Of a DNA stretch of 64,000 bases, positions 12,589 to 26,000 are shown piece after piece. The translations under genes were made by a program, and so were the position numbers. Under the pieces are notes generated by a model. It searched no databases, was not told where the DNA came from, and saw nothing but the letters and a program-made list of their open reading frames with translations. Numbering within the stretch: the stretch's first letter is position 1; every line of letters starts with the position of its first letter. The stretch is from Octopus vulgaris (lineage: Eukaryota): contig OX597824.1 of NCBI GenBank assembly GCA_951406725.2, forward strand, positions 78,802,001 through 78,866,000. Direction: 5' to 3'.

Positions 12589-13187
12589 CCCTTTTGTTAC
12601 TGTATTTATTTTGAGATGTTCTGTGTATCTTTCAATTACTTTAAATACAACGAATAATTTAGTAAAATAACTTAGTTATCATTCAACTAGTGTTAGGAAC
12701 ATAAATTGTGACTAACGTTTGGTGGAAGATTTTAATTCAAAACTTGTGAAAACAAGGCACAGGAGTGGTTGTGTGGTAAGTAGCTTGCTAACCAACCACA
12801 TGGTTCCGGTTTCAGTCCCACTGCATGACATCTTGGGCAAGTGTCTTCTGCTATAGCCCCGGGCCGACCAATGCCTTGTGAGTGGATTTGGTAGACAGAA
12901 ACTGAAAGAAGCCTGTCGTATATGTATATATGTGTGTCTGTGTTTGTCCCGCTAGCATTGCTTGACAACCGATGCTGGTGTGTTTACGTCCCCGTCACTT
13001 AGCGGTTCGGCAAAAGAGACCAATAGAATAAGTACTGGGCTTACAAAGAATAAGTCCCGGGATTGATTTGCTCGACTAAAGGTGGTGCTCCAGCATGGCC
13101 GCAGTCAAATGACTGAAACAAGTAAAAGAGTAAGAGTAAGGCATTTGTACTCCAGAGCCAGTTTCAGCCGGGTTGGTAATGAAAGGG
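12589..13187. mobile_element. piggyBac-like MITE containing a full SINE and itself inside an older SINE
   Basis: TTAA|CCCTTTTGTTAC ... GTAATGAAAGGG|TTAA. Nested SINE at 12756-13140. Confidence 0.75.
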
Positions 13188-13296
13188 TTAACGATTCTTT
13201 TCTACTCTAGGCACAAAGCTCGAAATTTTTGGGGAGCAGGGCCAGTCAATTAGCTCGACCCCAAAAGGATGAAAGGTAGAATCGACCTCAGTGGAA

Positions 13297-15255
13297 TTCA
13301 GTGCATTAACAATTCTGCCAGCTCACTGCCTTATCTGAATGTAATGCAAGATGGTTCCAACTACATCTTTGATCATAGGCCTGTCGGGAAGAGGACTGGC
13401 TGAATGATAAACAACAACACTCTTGAGTGAGGAAGTAAATTATAAGTTGGAATGCAATTTGATGTATTAATTAAACTGTATCGCATTTTTGCACATTGTT
13501 GCGGCAGCTGTTGAGATAGACTTTCAGAAGAACAGGTTTTGCATCTGTTTTCTCTTAGACACGTCACTTAACTATGTAGAGATATTTACATTCAATGTTT
13601 CAATTTAGAGACCATTAGCATAATCATGATGTCATTATATAAATAAATGTATGTTTCTTTAATTTCATTTACATACAGGTGCATGCATAGCTGTGTGCTA
13701 ATAAGCTTGCTTCCCAACTGCATGGTCTGGGTTCAGTCCCACTGCATAAACCTTGGACAAATGTCTTCTACTATAGCCTTGGGCCAACCAAAGCCTTGTG
13801 AGTGGACTTGGTAGACAGAAACTGAAAGAAGCCCATTGTGTGTGTATATGTATGTTTGTGTGTCTGTGTTTGTCCCCCACAACATCACTTGACAACCAAT
13901 GCTGGTGTGTTTACATCCCTGTAACTTAGCAGTTCGGAAAAAGAGAACAATAGAATAAGTACTAGGCTTACAAAGAATAAGTCCTGGGATCGATTTGCTC
14001 GACTACAGGTGGTGCTCCAGCATGGCCACAGTCAAATAACGGAAACAAGTAAAAGAATATATATAAAATGTATATATATATATATATATACATACACACA
14101 CATGTGTGTCCATAAATAAATATATGTTTGTATGTGTATTTGAGTCTATAAATAAATGTATGTATATACACACGTGTGTGTATCTATATGTATGGATGTC
14201 TGTATGTCTAATTTTGAATATTTTTTTGGAATTAGTAAGATTTATAGAAAGCACCAGACCAAAATTTTCCAAATGTCCCTTCATATATGAGAAGTGTGTA
14301 ATATCTCTATCTTTAAATGAATTTAATTCTTTACAAAAATAAATATGTTTATTCCTCAAGGGTTTACATCTGGCTGCAATTAGTTCCCCTGTCGACCTAG
14401 TGAACACCGACACCCTAAACAACCTAACAAAGCATTTATTTGTCTCTTGTTCGGTACTCAGGTATCAACTACTGACTGACTTTCAACCTACTCTACTATC
14501 ATCATCATCATCATCGTTTAACGTCCGTTCTCCATGCTAGCATGGGTTGGACGGTTCGACCGGGGATCTGGGAAGCCAGAAGGCTGCACCAGGCTCCAGT
14601 CTTATCTGGCAATGTTTCTACAGCTGGATGCCCTTCCTAATGCCAACCACTCCGTGAGTGTAGTGGGTGCTTTTTACGTGCCACCTGCACAGGTGCCAGG
14701 CGAGGCTGGCAACGGCCACGGTCGGATTGGTGTATTTTATGTGCCACCGGCACGGAAGCTAGTAAATAGAAATTATGTTTAATGGGAAAACTTCTAAATG
14801 ACTCTGCAACCTACTAGTAGTAATAACAGTTATGTTCCCATCGAATCACATTAGAATAATCATCAACTGGTACTTGTTTTATCAACCCTGAAAGGATGAA
14901 GGGCAAAGTTAACCCCAGCAGCATTTTGTTCAGTGCTTTAACAATTCTGCCAGCTCACTGCCTCATCTGAATATAATGCAAGATGGTTTTAACTACATCT
15001 TTGATCATAGGCCTGTCAGAAAGAGGACCGGCCGAAGGATAAACAACAATACTCTTGAGCAAGGAAGTAAATTATAAGTTGGAATGCAATTTAATATGTT
15101 AAATAAACTGTATATCATTTTTGCACATTGTTGCACCAGCTGTTGAGATTGACTTTCAGAAGAACAGGTTTTGCATCTGTTTTCTCTTAGATGCGTCACT
15201 TAACTATGCAAAGATATTTACATTCAATTCAGAGAACATTAGCATAGTCATGATA
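13297..15255 (+). repeat. Older dispersed direct duplication (about 330 bp): 13297-13635 versus 14927-15255
   Basis: Colinear, about 85-90% identical by eye, and includes non-SINE unique sequence. Confidence 0.85.
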
Positions 15256-17979
15256 TCATCATCATCATTATTTAAATATCCACTTTTCCATGCTTGCATT
15301 GGGCCAGGTGGAATTTGTCGGCAGAATTTTTTTTTTTTTTTTGTACAGCTAGATACCCTTCCTGTCACTTACCCTTACTTTCTTCCAAATAAGGTAATAT
15401 TTTCCCACAACCTGACATGTTTTTGTGGAAGATTGAAAATGACAGACGCTACTTTCAGGATGGTAACACTATCACGCAATGCCAAGTCAAGGAGACGTTA
15501 ACACACACACACAACAGGCTTCTTTCAATTGGAGCCTGGTGCAGCCTCCTAGCTTCCCAGACCCTGATCGAACCGTCCAACCCGTGCTAGCACGGAAAAT
15601 GGACATTAAATGATGATGATGATACCATATCTTCTTGCAAGGCTTTGTTTGGCCTGGAGTTATAGTAGAAGATACTTGCTCAAGGCACCACACAGTGGGG
15701 TTGAACCCAAAACCATGTGGTGAGGAAGCAAACTTCTTACATTCTGATATTACAGCCATGCCTAATATGATAATTACAAAAAGGGAAAAAAAAAGGATGC
15801 TTTGGATTATGCAAGGAGGGGTACTGAGACATTCTGGGAAATTGTTCTTCAGCAGACTATCATCTTAGGAGAAGAATTTCTTTTAAATGTCATGCTTAAC
15901 TGCTTGGGATCATTGATTTGTGACAGGTTCTATGTTCTTGTTCAGAGGTATCCTCGGATGTTCCAACTATGACCATCACATCGTAGCTCACACTCTTATG
16001 GATAAGATGGAAAATTCTTGTGTTGGTTCCTCCATCCACCAAGAAGCAAAGCTAGATGAAGTTATTAAAATCCTTGTGGAAAATTTTTGATGCTAAAATC
16101 TTCACACCACAACACCTATTAAAGACTATAGGTGTAATTTGAGGGAAGTCTAGCTATTATTTCTTGTAGTAACCAATGTATCTCATTTTTATTTCCATAA
16201 TCCTTCTGAACCCTACTCATCTGGTTCTATGATATCTATGGTAAAAAAAGCTCCTGTTTTAAAAGGCTCATATTTAAACGAAAACCCTTCCATCATAATT
16301 TTATATATGAACTTTAAGTGATATTACTTACACCAGACTAATAATTAATGAGGTAGTTAATTATTTTAGTAAATTCCATCAAGTTATTGATTATTATTTA
16401 ATTATAATCATCGCAGTTTATTATTTTAGACAATGTATCTAGTATTACATTATCCAATGTGTTTTTTTTTTTTTATGCTGGATTAATGTGATTTGAGGGA
16501 GAATTGGCTGCTATTTCTAACAAATTGAGTTACCATATAAACGATCTATTGTTGACTCAGGTGTATTTTGGGAATAGATAAAAGGTCATGAGTAAGCACT
16601 AACATGGGCAGAGTGGTTAAGAACTCTCCTTGATATCTTGAGATTTCCAGTTCAAATACACAGTATGGCATCAGTCTTTACCTTAGCCTCAGATCAACCT
16701 AAGCTTTGCAAGTAAAAGTGTGTAAGTGGAAACTGTGTGGACGCCCGTCTGGTGGATTGTGTCTAACTCGAAGGCCTAGCTTTGCCGCATGTTGTGTCCT
16801 GCTGATTCCACCCAAGAATTATGTTTAGGATACATGTCTGTGGAATACTCAGCCACTTATGCTATGTATGATTTAGAATGGACTCTGTTTGTACTCGCTT
16901 TGTGCTGATTCTACCCAAGAATTACATTAAGAGTACACTCGTCTGTGGGGTACTCAGCTACTTAGATATTGATATGACGAGTCAAGCATTCCATTGATTG
17001 CACAACAGAATGCTCTTCATACAAAAAAAAAGTCCAACGGAGAATTCAACATGGGGTTTTAAAGGGTTAAGAAGGTGGGTGATTCTGTGTTGCTTCAGCA
17101 TGGCCAGAGCTGTAAGAAGAATTTTTTTTTTTTTTTTTTTTTTTTCTGTCAGTAGATATCAGGGATTTTGTCAGGGCACTATATATCGTTGATAGAATTG
17201 TACTTTCCCTCTTGGAACACACAATACTTAGCTTGTCTTATTAACAGTGGAGCAGTAAAAGAGCAATGTCACCATAAGGTCAGACGTGAAATCAGAACAT
17301 TTAAAACCTTATTTAGTTCACCACTGAACAGCTTCAAACCATCACCATCATTATCACAGACCTAAGAGGATTAATAATGTTGGATGATTTGCTGTCTTTA
17401 TCTCTGCATTGACAATACCATACATATGTGTGTATGTGTTTGTGAATGTCTGCTTATGTACTTTTTATATATGTTGATGTAAGCATATCTACACACATAT
17501 ATACATACATATTGTTGTATATATGTAAATCAGCTTAGGTATTACTTATTAATTCCTCTTATAATTTGGGGGTTTATTCCTGACCCTAATACCAACAGTG
17601 TGTATGTGTATGTGTGTGTGTTGCCAGGTAGATAGTAAAAAACATAGATATGTTTGGTTGCTAAGAGGCTCTACTGACCATCCCTACGCCCTCCGTCTGT
17701 TGTGGATTGACCTCCCACTTAGTTTATCATTGTGTGTGTTTTCCTTTATCTATAATTACTAGAAGTGCACCACTAGGAGAGAAGAAACTACAACATTGAA
17801 CAGGACATCATATTCAGTAATGGAAAGACATGTTAGATAATATAATCCTAGAGATGGAATGGTCATGGCTAGAATGTCTCTGTTCACAGATCTGCTTGAT
17901 GAAGGTTGACTTAGGGCTAAACAATAACACTATTCCAGTAGATTTTGATTTATTCTAAGTTTATTCTTTGTACTATAGG

Positions 17980-18394
17980 TAGTGGGTAGCGATTTTCTTC
18001 ACTACTTCAGGGAGTGACGACCCTTCCTGACACGAGTCCCAGTCTCAGCTGGCTCCGGCTGACAGAACCTGGTATGGGCCCCTATCCAGGGTGACGGAAA
18101 GGAGAGAGCCTTCAAAGTAATCCAGAATGGAGTCCCATAGGCGGTTTAGTGTTCAGCTCGACACCCTTCTGGCAGCTCCTGCAACCAAGCTGGTGCGAAA
18201 CGTAATGCTCTGCACTTCTTTGGACTATGTCAGCAAGGTCAAGAGAGGAATCCTGACAACTGGGCTACCCAAGATTTCCTTACCTCTAGCCCAGACATGC
18301 ACAAAACTGGAGAGGACATGAAATGTAAAACCCGGACTGGATTAGTTTATATGCAACTCCATTGTCTCCCGAGACAAAAGGATGCCAACAACAA
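17980..18394 (+). mobile_element. GC-richer interspersed repeat, probably a LINE(RTE)-related non-autonomous element
   Basis: Abrupt GC-rich block ending in a short (CAA)n tail (GGATGCCAACAACAA). Family assignment is from general resemblance only. Confidence 0.3.
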
Positions 18395-19769
18395 TATTCT
18401 TTGTACTCTTGGCTACATTCTCACCAAAGTCTATACTTTAGCCTTCTGGACCAGGCTGTGTGTTGTGTTCTTTTGAGCAAGACACTTTATTTCATGTTGT
18501 TCCAGTTCACTCAACTGTAGAAATGAGTTGCGACATCACTGGTGCCAAGCTGTATCGGCCTTTGCCTTTCCATTGCTAGCATAGAGAGAGAGGAGGCTGG
18601 TATACATGGGCGACTGTTGGCCTTCCATTAACAACTTTGCCTGGACTTGTGCCTTCGAGGGGAACTTTCTAGGTGCAATCCCCTGGTCATTCATGACCAA
18701 AGGGGTGTCTTTACCCTTTTACCCAAACTCCTCCAAAACTGCCATTCTCTTTCTAATACCCTATTGTTATTCTTAATGGTAGGAAGGAAGGGGGTTGTCC
18801 GAGTTGTTTAATGTCAGATAAAATATCTTGCAGTATTTGTTCCAGCTCTTTGCATTCTGAGTTCAATTCCTGTCGAAGTCAGCTTTGACTTTCATCTCTT
18901 CAGGGTCAACAAATAAAGCATCGGTCAAGTACTAGGATCAACAATATTAACTTGCACCCCACCCCACCTCTTTCCAAATTAAAAACAATCATTATTGTGA
19001 TTATTATTTAATCACAATAGAGTACAAGTCCTTATTTTGATTATGGTGAACATGGTAGAACGCTGTCTGCAATGGTTTGAGGCATTTAGTTTCATCCCTA
19101 AATGTTGTGAGTTCTGTTTGTCTTCCAGGGTCAGTAAAATAAATACCGGTCAAATACTGGGGTTAATTCACTGACTATGCCTCCTCTCTGCAAAAATTTG
19201 TGACCTTATATCTATGTTAAAACTCATTAGTAGTAGAAGTGAGCCTTGATCAAGCAGAACTATGGTCAAATGTGTTCCAACCATGACCATCTTGTCTTTC
19301 CAAATATATGCCAGATTATGTTACCCTTTAAAAGCCTTCCCCATGGTTCATGATTTGAAGTAGATTTAGCTGTTATTTCTAGCAGGTCAGCTGACCATGC
19401 AGAAACCCATCCACCTACTCAGTAGTAATAGTGGTAGTGGTGGTGGTGGTGGTGGACTGAGATATTTTTATATTTATATTTATTTACTTTTTGTTTAAGT
19501 CTAGAATACTGATGTAAATGATCAGATTAAGATTACTGATAATTAGGGAGCTGTGTAAGTATATGAAATACCAACTAGTCATTAAATAGTCATCACTACT
19601 CCCCACCCACCGACCCACCCATCAAAACCATCACTACCATGTTCATCATCATCATCACCTCCTCTTCTCTTTATTTCATTACCATATTTAGTGTGTTTCC
19701 ATTCAAACTAGATGACACCATATTTAATATGTCTTATTCTTCCTCTTCTGTCTTCTTCCCCATCACCCG

Positions 19770-19970
19770 ATTTCTTCGTCTCTCCCCTCCTCTCCGTCTC
19801 TCCCCTCTTCTCTGTCTCGCCCCCCCTTCTCCGTCTCTCCCCCGTCTCCCTCCTTCCTGTACCCTCCCCTTCTCCGTCTCTCCCCCTTCTCCGTCTCCCC
19901 CTTCTCCGTCTCTCCCCCTTCACCGTCTCTCCTCTCTTCTCCGTCTCTCACCTCTTCTCTGTCTCTCATC
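19770..19970. repeat. Polypyrimidine minisatellite, about 17-18-bp unit CTCCGTCTCTCCCCCTT
   Basis: About 10 degenerate copies; the + strand is nearly all C/T. Confidence 0.85.
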
Positions 19971-20362
19971 ACATCTTCACCCTTCCTAACTCAGAAATGA
20001 AACCCTCTCAAATCACAGAAACCATTCTGATTTATGATAAAAAGAAAAAAAAGAAACTCAACACCCAAATAAGTCATAAAATCTATAAACTTGGGTAATA
20101 TTTTACTTTCAAATGACAAAAAAAATCTTTTACGCAGTTCTTCTTTCCCCACTTCGCCCCAGCCATCCTTGTCATCCAATATTTAAATGTAGACAGTTTT
20201 TATGTCAACAAACAAAGGTATATACATTATTTATCTTGAGTATGGCAATGGAGAAAAAAAAAAAATTATACAAGCCATTAACAAAAATGGTCCAGTGGTT
20301 TGGAACGTCCTGATTTAAAGTATAACTAATGTAGCTGTTTATTACCAGTTCCAAAACAACTA

Positions 20363-20525
20363 GGCGCAGGAGTGGCTGTGTGGTAACTAGCTTGCTAACC
20401 AACCACATGGTTCTGGGTTCAGTCCCACTGCGTGGCATCTTGGGCAAGTGTCTTCTGCTATAGCCCCGGGCTGACCAATGCCTTGTGAGTGGATTTGGTA
20501 GACGGAAACTGAAAGAAGCCTGTCG

Positions 20526-20562
<37 letters not shown>

Positions 20563-20771
20563 ATATGTTTGTGTGTCTGTGTTTGTCCTCCTAGCATTGC
20601 TTGACAACCGATGCTGGTGTGTTTACATCCCCCATCACTTAGCGGTTCGGCAAAAGAGACTGATAGAATAAGTACTGGGCTTACAAAAGAATAAGTCCCG
20701 GAGTCGAGTTCATCGATTAAAGGCAGTGCTCCAGCATGGCTGCTGTCAAATGACTGAAACAAGTAAAAGAG
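20363..20771 (+). mobile_element. SINE family A (about 400 bp, tRNA-derived head, central TA/TG microsatellite), representative + strand copy
   Basis: Head GGCGCAGGAGTGGCTGTGTGGTAA with A-box-like TGGCTGTGTGG and B-box-like GGTTCAGTCCC. Tail ...GAAACAAGTAAAAGAG. Other + copies at about 12756-13140, 13678-14056, 24873-25260, 30086-30500, 31675-32038 and 44885-45268. Confidence 0.9.
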
Positions 20772-20863
20772 TATATTAATTAGATATCTACAAACGATGG
20801 CTGTTTGATTAAGAAGTTTGTTTTGCAACCAAATTGTTTCAGGTTCATTCTCCCTGCATAGTA

Positions 20864-21240
20864 CACTACCATCAGAAATTAATTAGCACCCTAGATTTGC
20901 TCTTCACTCAAGGTATGTGCTGTCACCTAGTGGCCATATCTCGAACTATTGCTTTGTTGCGAGTTCACTGTTGCACAGAACGATGACGTAACTTTGTTTG
21001 CAGAGCAGTTTGAGAGTCTACAGCCTTATGATGTTGACATAGCAGTGCAACAACTTGGAGTGCGGATGCAGACAAATCTTCCTTTGTTTAATAGATATAG
21101 GTAGTGCCTCGCAAGGACCGAAATCACACCATACTAAGTTTTCTCATCGCGTAAGACGTTTTGAACAGCTCATAGGTTAATTGATTTAACCTATTTAATG
21201 TAGAAATTTGAGAAGTGCTAATTAATTTCTGACGCAAGTG
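20864..21240. mobile_element. Tc1/mariner MITE inserted in a SINE remnant
   Basis: 26-bp TIRs CACTACCATCAGAAATTAATTAGCAC and (revcomp) CACTTGCGTCAGAAATTAATTAGCAC, with TA on both sides. Confidence 0.8.
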
Positions 21241-21269
21241 TATATCAGGCGAGTGTCTTCTATCCTTAC

Positions 21270-21722
21270 TTGAGACCATTTCTCCCTCTGGAGCTTAAGC
21301 CGTCAACAACTTTCTTCCCCTGGTCACAAATCATGGCTGTCTTTTCTGCTTCTTTTCAGTTGGTTGCTGTTTTTTCTGCTCTTCCTCAGTATCTGTCTCC
21401 ACTAGTTTTAGGGTGTTCTCACTTCTACCTCCCTTGTGAGTTCCTGGTCAAGGCCTGCATCATATGTTTCCCTGAGGAAAAACCTTCCTCTCTCAGATCT
21501 TGTGGTTTTGAAGTGTCGTTGACATTTTTATAACTTTGCTTTTTTCTCATCAACGGTATTGGCCCTACATAAACCCATTTTTACTTCTGGGAGTGCATGG
21601 TCTGTATCAGTGTAGCCTCTATCCTTTGACCTGTCCAGCATGGGATCCCTACTAGGAACTTACACTCTGCTAGCATATCTCTCAGGGCCATTGAGGTACA
21701 TAAGTTCCCCCACCATAACAAT
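21270..21722 (-). mobile_element. Internally deleted, non-autonomous RTE-derived element
   Basis: 21625-21720 reads on the minus strand as TTGTTATGGTGGGGGAACTTATGTACCTCAATGGCCCTGAGAGATATGCTAGC...CCCATGCTGGACAGGTCAAAGG, resembling the conserved RTE/BovB 5' region. 21270-21330 resembles an RTE 3' end. No ORF between them. Confidence 0.5.
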
Positions 21723-22795
21723 GACAAGAACTTCTGGTGAACCTTTTATATATTTTACACATTAGAAGAAAGTACTGCAGCTGAAATTGAACTCTGTCTG
21801 TACCAGTTTCACAGTAAACCTGTCAATAATCCTCCTCTCCTCTAATCCCTTGTTCAGTCAATAATGCACCATCTTTAACATTTTAGTATTCAGATTATCA
21901 AAATAATAATTTAATCACACTGTTTTCAATTAATCGTGCATTATCTTGTAGCTCTGAGATTTTGATGGCGTGATTGTATATTATTAGAATGACATTGTAG
22001 GGTAGGTGTGAGAAGTGAGATCTGGCCAGTTTGAACATAGAATAGGTTGAATATTTGGGCCGGATATGGCCTGCTTAAAACACTAAAAGGTTAAACATCT
22101 GTGCTAATAACATTAAGAAATCAGTTTTGACCCTGAGTCAACATGTGGAGCCTATAGACCCTGTAAGATTAATAGCAGCCAAATCTGCTTCACATCATTC
22201 CACATACATCACCCTTTGCTGGCTTGGAAGTGTGTGTGTGTGTGTAATAGCAGTTTACTAGCTTTAGTGAGATAGTTGTTTGGTTGTTACAGGAGTGTAG
22301 TGGTAATAGTTGTAAGGGAGTATACAAGGTGGTGGTGGTAACTAGTGGCCTTGTGGTGTGGTGTGATAGCAGCTAGACTAAGTATAAACTTCCAGTTTAC
22401 CATATATCAAGTTGTGCTGACTTTTCAAATTAATACTCAATAATTGTCGGGGAAGAGGTTGGGGAGATGTGCTCTTTATTATTATTATTATTATTATTAT
22501 CATCATTATTATCATTTCGACAGAGAAGGTGGGTCAATTCTCATGACCTTTGCTGCTCCTCCCAGACTGATGAGGTCAACGTAGAAGATTGATGTAATTC
22601 TGCAGATTTATGATTGTGTGTGTGTGTGTGTGTGATATGATCATATATTTGCTTGTGTGTGTATGCATGTGGATGTGTGTTGGTAGATAATCTCCCTGTA
22701 TGTATGTATATATGTATGTGTATCTACATATATTATCACTAGAATGGCATTATAGACTGACACTACGCAATGACTGAATGCCAACGAAAATAATT

Positions 22796-23025
22796 GAGGA
22801 GGAGGAGGAGGAGAAGTAGTAGTTGTAGTAGTAACATTGCTGGTAGTGATGGTTAGTAGTGGTGGTGGTGGTGGTGGTGGTGGTGGTGGTAGTAGTAGCA
22901 GCAGCAGTTGTGGTAGTATTAGTTTTTGTAATAGTATTAGTGTGGGGGTGGAGGTAGTGGTTGTATTACTGGTGTCGGTAGTGATTGTATTGGTGGTGGT
23001 GGTAGTGGTGGTGGTGGTGGCGGCA
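22796..23025. repeat. Compound trinucleotide repeat (GAG/GTA/GGT/GCA)
   Basis: Seen directly in the sequence. Confidence 0.85.
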
Positions 23026-26000
23026 GCGCTGCTGTTATAAATGTATGGCAGTGCTTTTTGCTTTGTTTACTTTCTGCATTTATGAAGTCAGGTCTGACAA
23101 CATCCAATGTCAGGTTGACAAACGGTGAAGGTGTTATAATAGGTTTTGACACAATGTCACAATAAACGTGGCCATCACTCAAAAGCTGTTGATTCTTTCT
23201 AACTGATCTCTGTTGTATAACAGACACGTTGCATAATGTGCTACTTTGCTACTTTAGGATAGCTGGGATGTTGGCATTTATTAAAAGCATTCCTGGAAAG
23301 AAAACAAAAATCACATATAGCCATGGCTTTGTGGTAAGAAGTTTGCTTCCCAACCACATGGTTTCGGGTTCAGTTCTTCAGCATGGCACCTTGGGCAGCT
23401 TTGGGTTAGCCAAAGCCTTGTGAGTGGTTTTGGTAAATGGAAACTGAAAGACATCCATCATACATGTGTTTCATCTCCTTCATCATTTAAGTCTGTTTTC
23501 CATGTTGACATGGGGCTGAACTAGCTGGGAGTTGTCCAGGCTTCAATTCTCTGTTGTGGCATGGTTTCCATGACTGGATGCCCTTCCTAATGCCAACCAC
23601 TTAAGAGTATGCTAGGCACATTTTACATGCTACTAGCACAGGTACACTTACACAGCAACAGCACAGGTGCGTTTACGCAGCACAGGCACAGGTACTTTTT
23701 ATGTGGTACTGGCACCTGAAAAGACAATCCTCTGTGTGTGGAAGACAGCAATATGTATGTATGTATGTTTGTCTCTCACAACTGCTTGACAACCAGTGCT
23801 GGTTTGTTTGCATCCCCTTAACTCAGCAGTTCAGCAACAGAGACCAATGAAATAAGTACTAGACTTTAATAAAAGTACCGGGATCAATTTATTCAACTAA
23901 AACTTTCACGGTGGTGCCCCAGCATGGCTGCAGTCCAATGACTGAAATGCAAGTAAAATATAAATGATATGTTGGTCAGATATCATCATTATAATTTTCC
24001 TTGTTTCCTTTCTATGACCATTTTTCAATACTAGCATGGGGTAGGTACATGGGTTAGTCACATTGTTTCACAACTGAATCTCCCTCCTGTCACTTTCACC
24101 TGTTGCTTATATAAGGAATTCCTTATTTAGTTCGTTTTCAAAGGTGCATAGCCAGCAGTTGACTTTCTCTCACACACATACATGATTATCATTTAATTGT
24201 CCACTTACATAGGTTAGATGGAGTTTTTATGAGCCAGATACCCTTCCAGTCACCAGCCCTCACCTGTACCCAAGAAAGGTAATATCTCCCCCATGACCAG
24301 ACATGTTCACGCAGAATATTGGAAATTAATGATGCTGTAGTTACAATCATTCATTACTATCACACAATGTCAGGACAAAGGGCAAGAGAGAGAGAGATTG
24401 CTCATCACTATATTGGCAAAAATAAGTACTGAGTATTTCATGTTTCACCCAAAATAAGTTAGATTAAAAATCTATACTTAGAAACATCTGTATCTATAAG
24501 ATTTCATTCAGTGCCAGTTGCATAAAACTTTTGGGTATGGAGTATATAATTTTACTTAACATGTACTCACACAGACACACACACATTAGAGAAGCAGATT
24601 TATGGTTTGATAAACAGACATCAACATCAAAAAATCAAATGGAAATTGTAGTTGTGATACCGGAGCCAGTGGCACATAAGAAGCACCATCCGTATGTGAC
24701 CGATCCCAGCGCCGCCTTGACTGGCTTCTGTGTCGGTGGTACGTAAAAAGCACCAACCAATTATGGCCGTTGCCAGCCTCCCCTGGCACCTATACCGGTG
24801 GCACATAAAAAGCACCCACTACACTCACGGAATGGTTGGTGTTAGGAAGGGCATCCTGCTGTAGAAACAATTTGGCTGTGTGGTAAGTAGCTTGCTAACC
24901 AACCACATGGTTCCGGGTTCAGTCCCACTGCGTGGCATCTTGGGCAAGTGTCTTCTGCTATAGCCCCGGGCCGACCAATGCCCTGTGAGTGGATTTGGTA
25001 AATGGAAACTGAAAGAAGCCTGTCGTATATATATATATATATGTGTGTGAGTTTGTGTGTCTGTGTTTGTCCCCCTAGCATTGCTTGACAACCGATGCTG
25101 GTGTGTTTACGTCCCCGTCACTTAGCGGTTCGGCAAAAGAGACCGATAGAATAAGTACTGGGCTTACAAAGAATAAGTCCCGGGGTCGATTTGCTCAACT
25201 AAAGGCGGTGCTCCAGCATGGCCACAGTCAAATGACTGAAACAAGTAAAAGAGTAAAAGAGAGAGAGAGAGAGATCAGTCTGGAGCATGGTGCAGCCTCC
25301 TGGCTTCCCAGACCCCGGTCAAACTGTCCAACCCATGCTAGCATGGAAAACAGGCGTTAAACAACAATGATGATGATGATGTGTGTGTGTGTATCTTAAT
25401 TCTTTCACTGGTTTACAGTTATTGGATGCAGGCTATCCACCTTTGTGTGTTTACCTCAATAATTTCAACACCAGTAGTTATATATTTTAACAAATTTCTG
25501 CTTCAGCAGATACAAAGGCATATTTACATAACCAGACAAGTTCATGCACAAGCACACTCATATACACTCATTTTGTGGTGGAGTGCAGAGACTGTTGTGC
25601 AATTACGACATTGCTTTCACCATCATTTTTTTCTCGGGTTCAGCCCCGTTGCATGGTTTCACTGCCAAGAGTATTTTTATCATGTCCCAGATTGATCCAA
25701 GCCTTGCTAGGGAATTGAGTTGATGGAAGTTGTTGTTTAGAAAGTCGTCTGATATATTTTACTAGTATTACGCTGTTTCTCAGTTTGAGAATTACATAAA
25801 GGGTGTGCCCTATCAGTGGAAACTCACCTACATGTAAGCTAATTCACTGGGGAGGATATTCAGCTGAACAGTCATCCATCATTCCAAAAGGAGTATCCAT
25901 TATCACGTGTGTGTGTGTGAAGATGTATGGCCTAGTGGTTAGGTGTTGCACTCAAGATTGCTAGATCGTGAGTTCCATTCCTGGACCAGGTGGTGTGTTG

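Noticed and set aside
19639-20098. Pro/Ser/Leu- and Arg/Gly/Glu-rich ORFs
   Set aside because: Translations of the CT-rich minisatellite.
20205-20828. Recurrent ORFs containing RQASFSFRLPNPLTR, DRLLSVSVYQIHSQG or AVLQHGRSQMTETSKR
   Set aside because: Chance frames through SINE family A copies.
22567-22600. CTGATGAG hammerhead-like core
   Set aside because: No GAAA after the putative stem II and no stem I or III.
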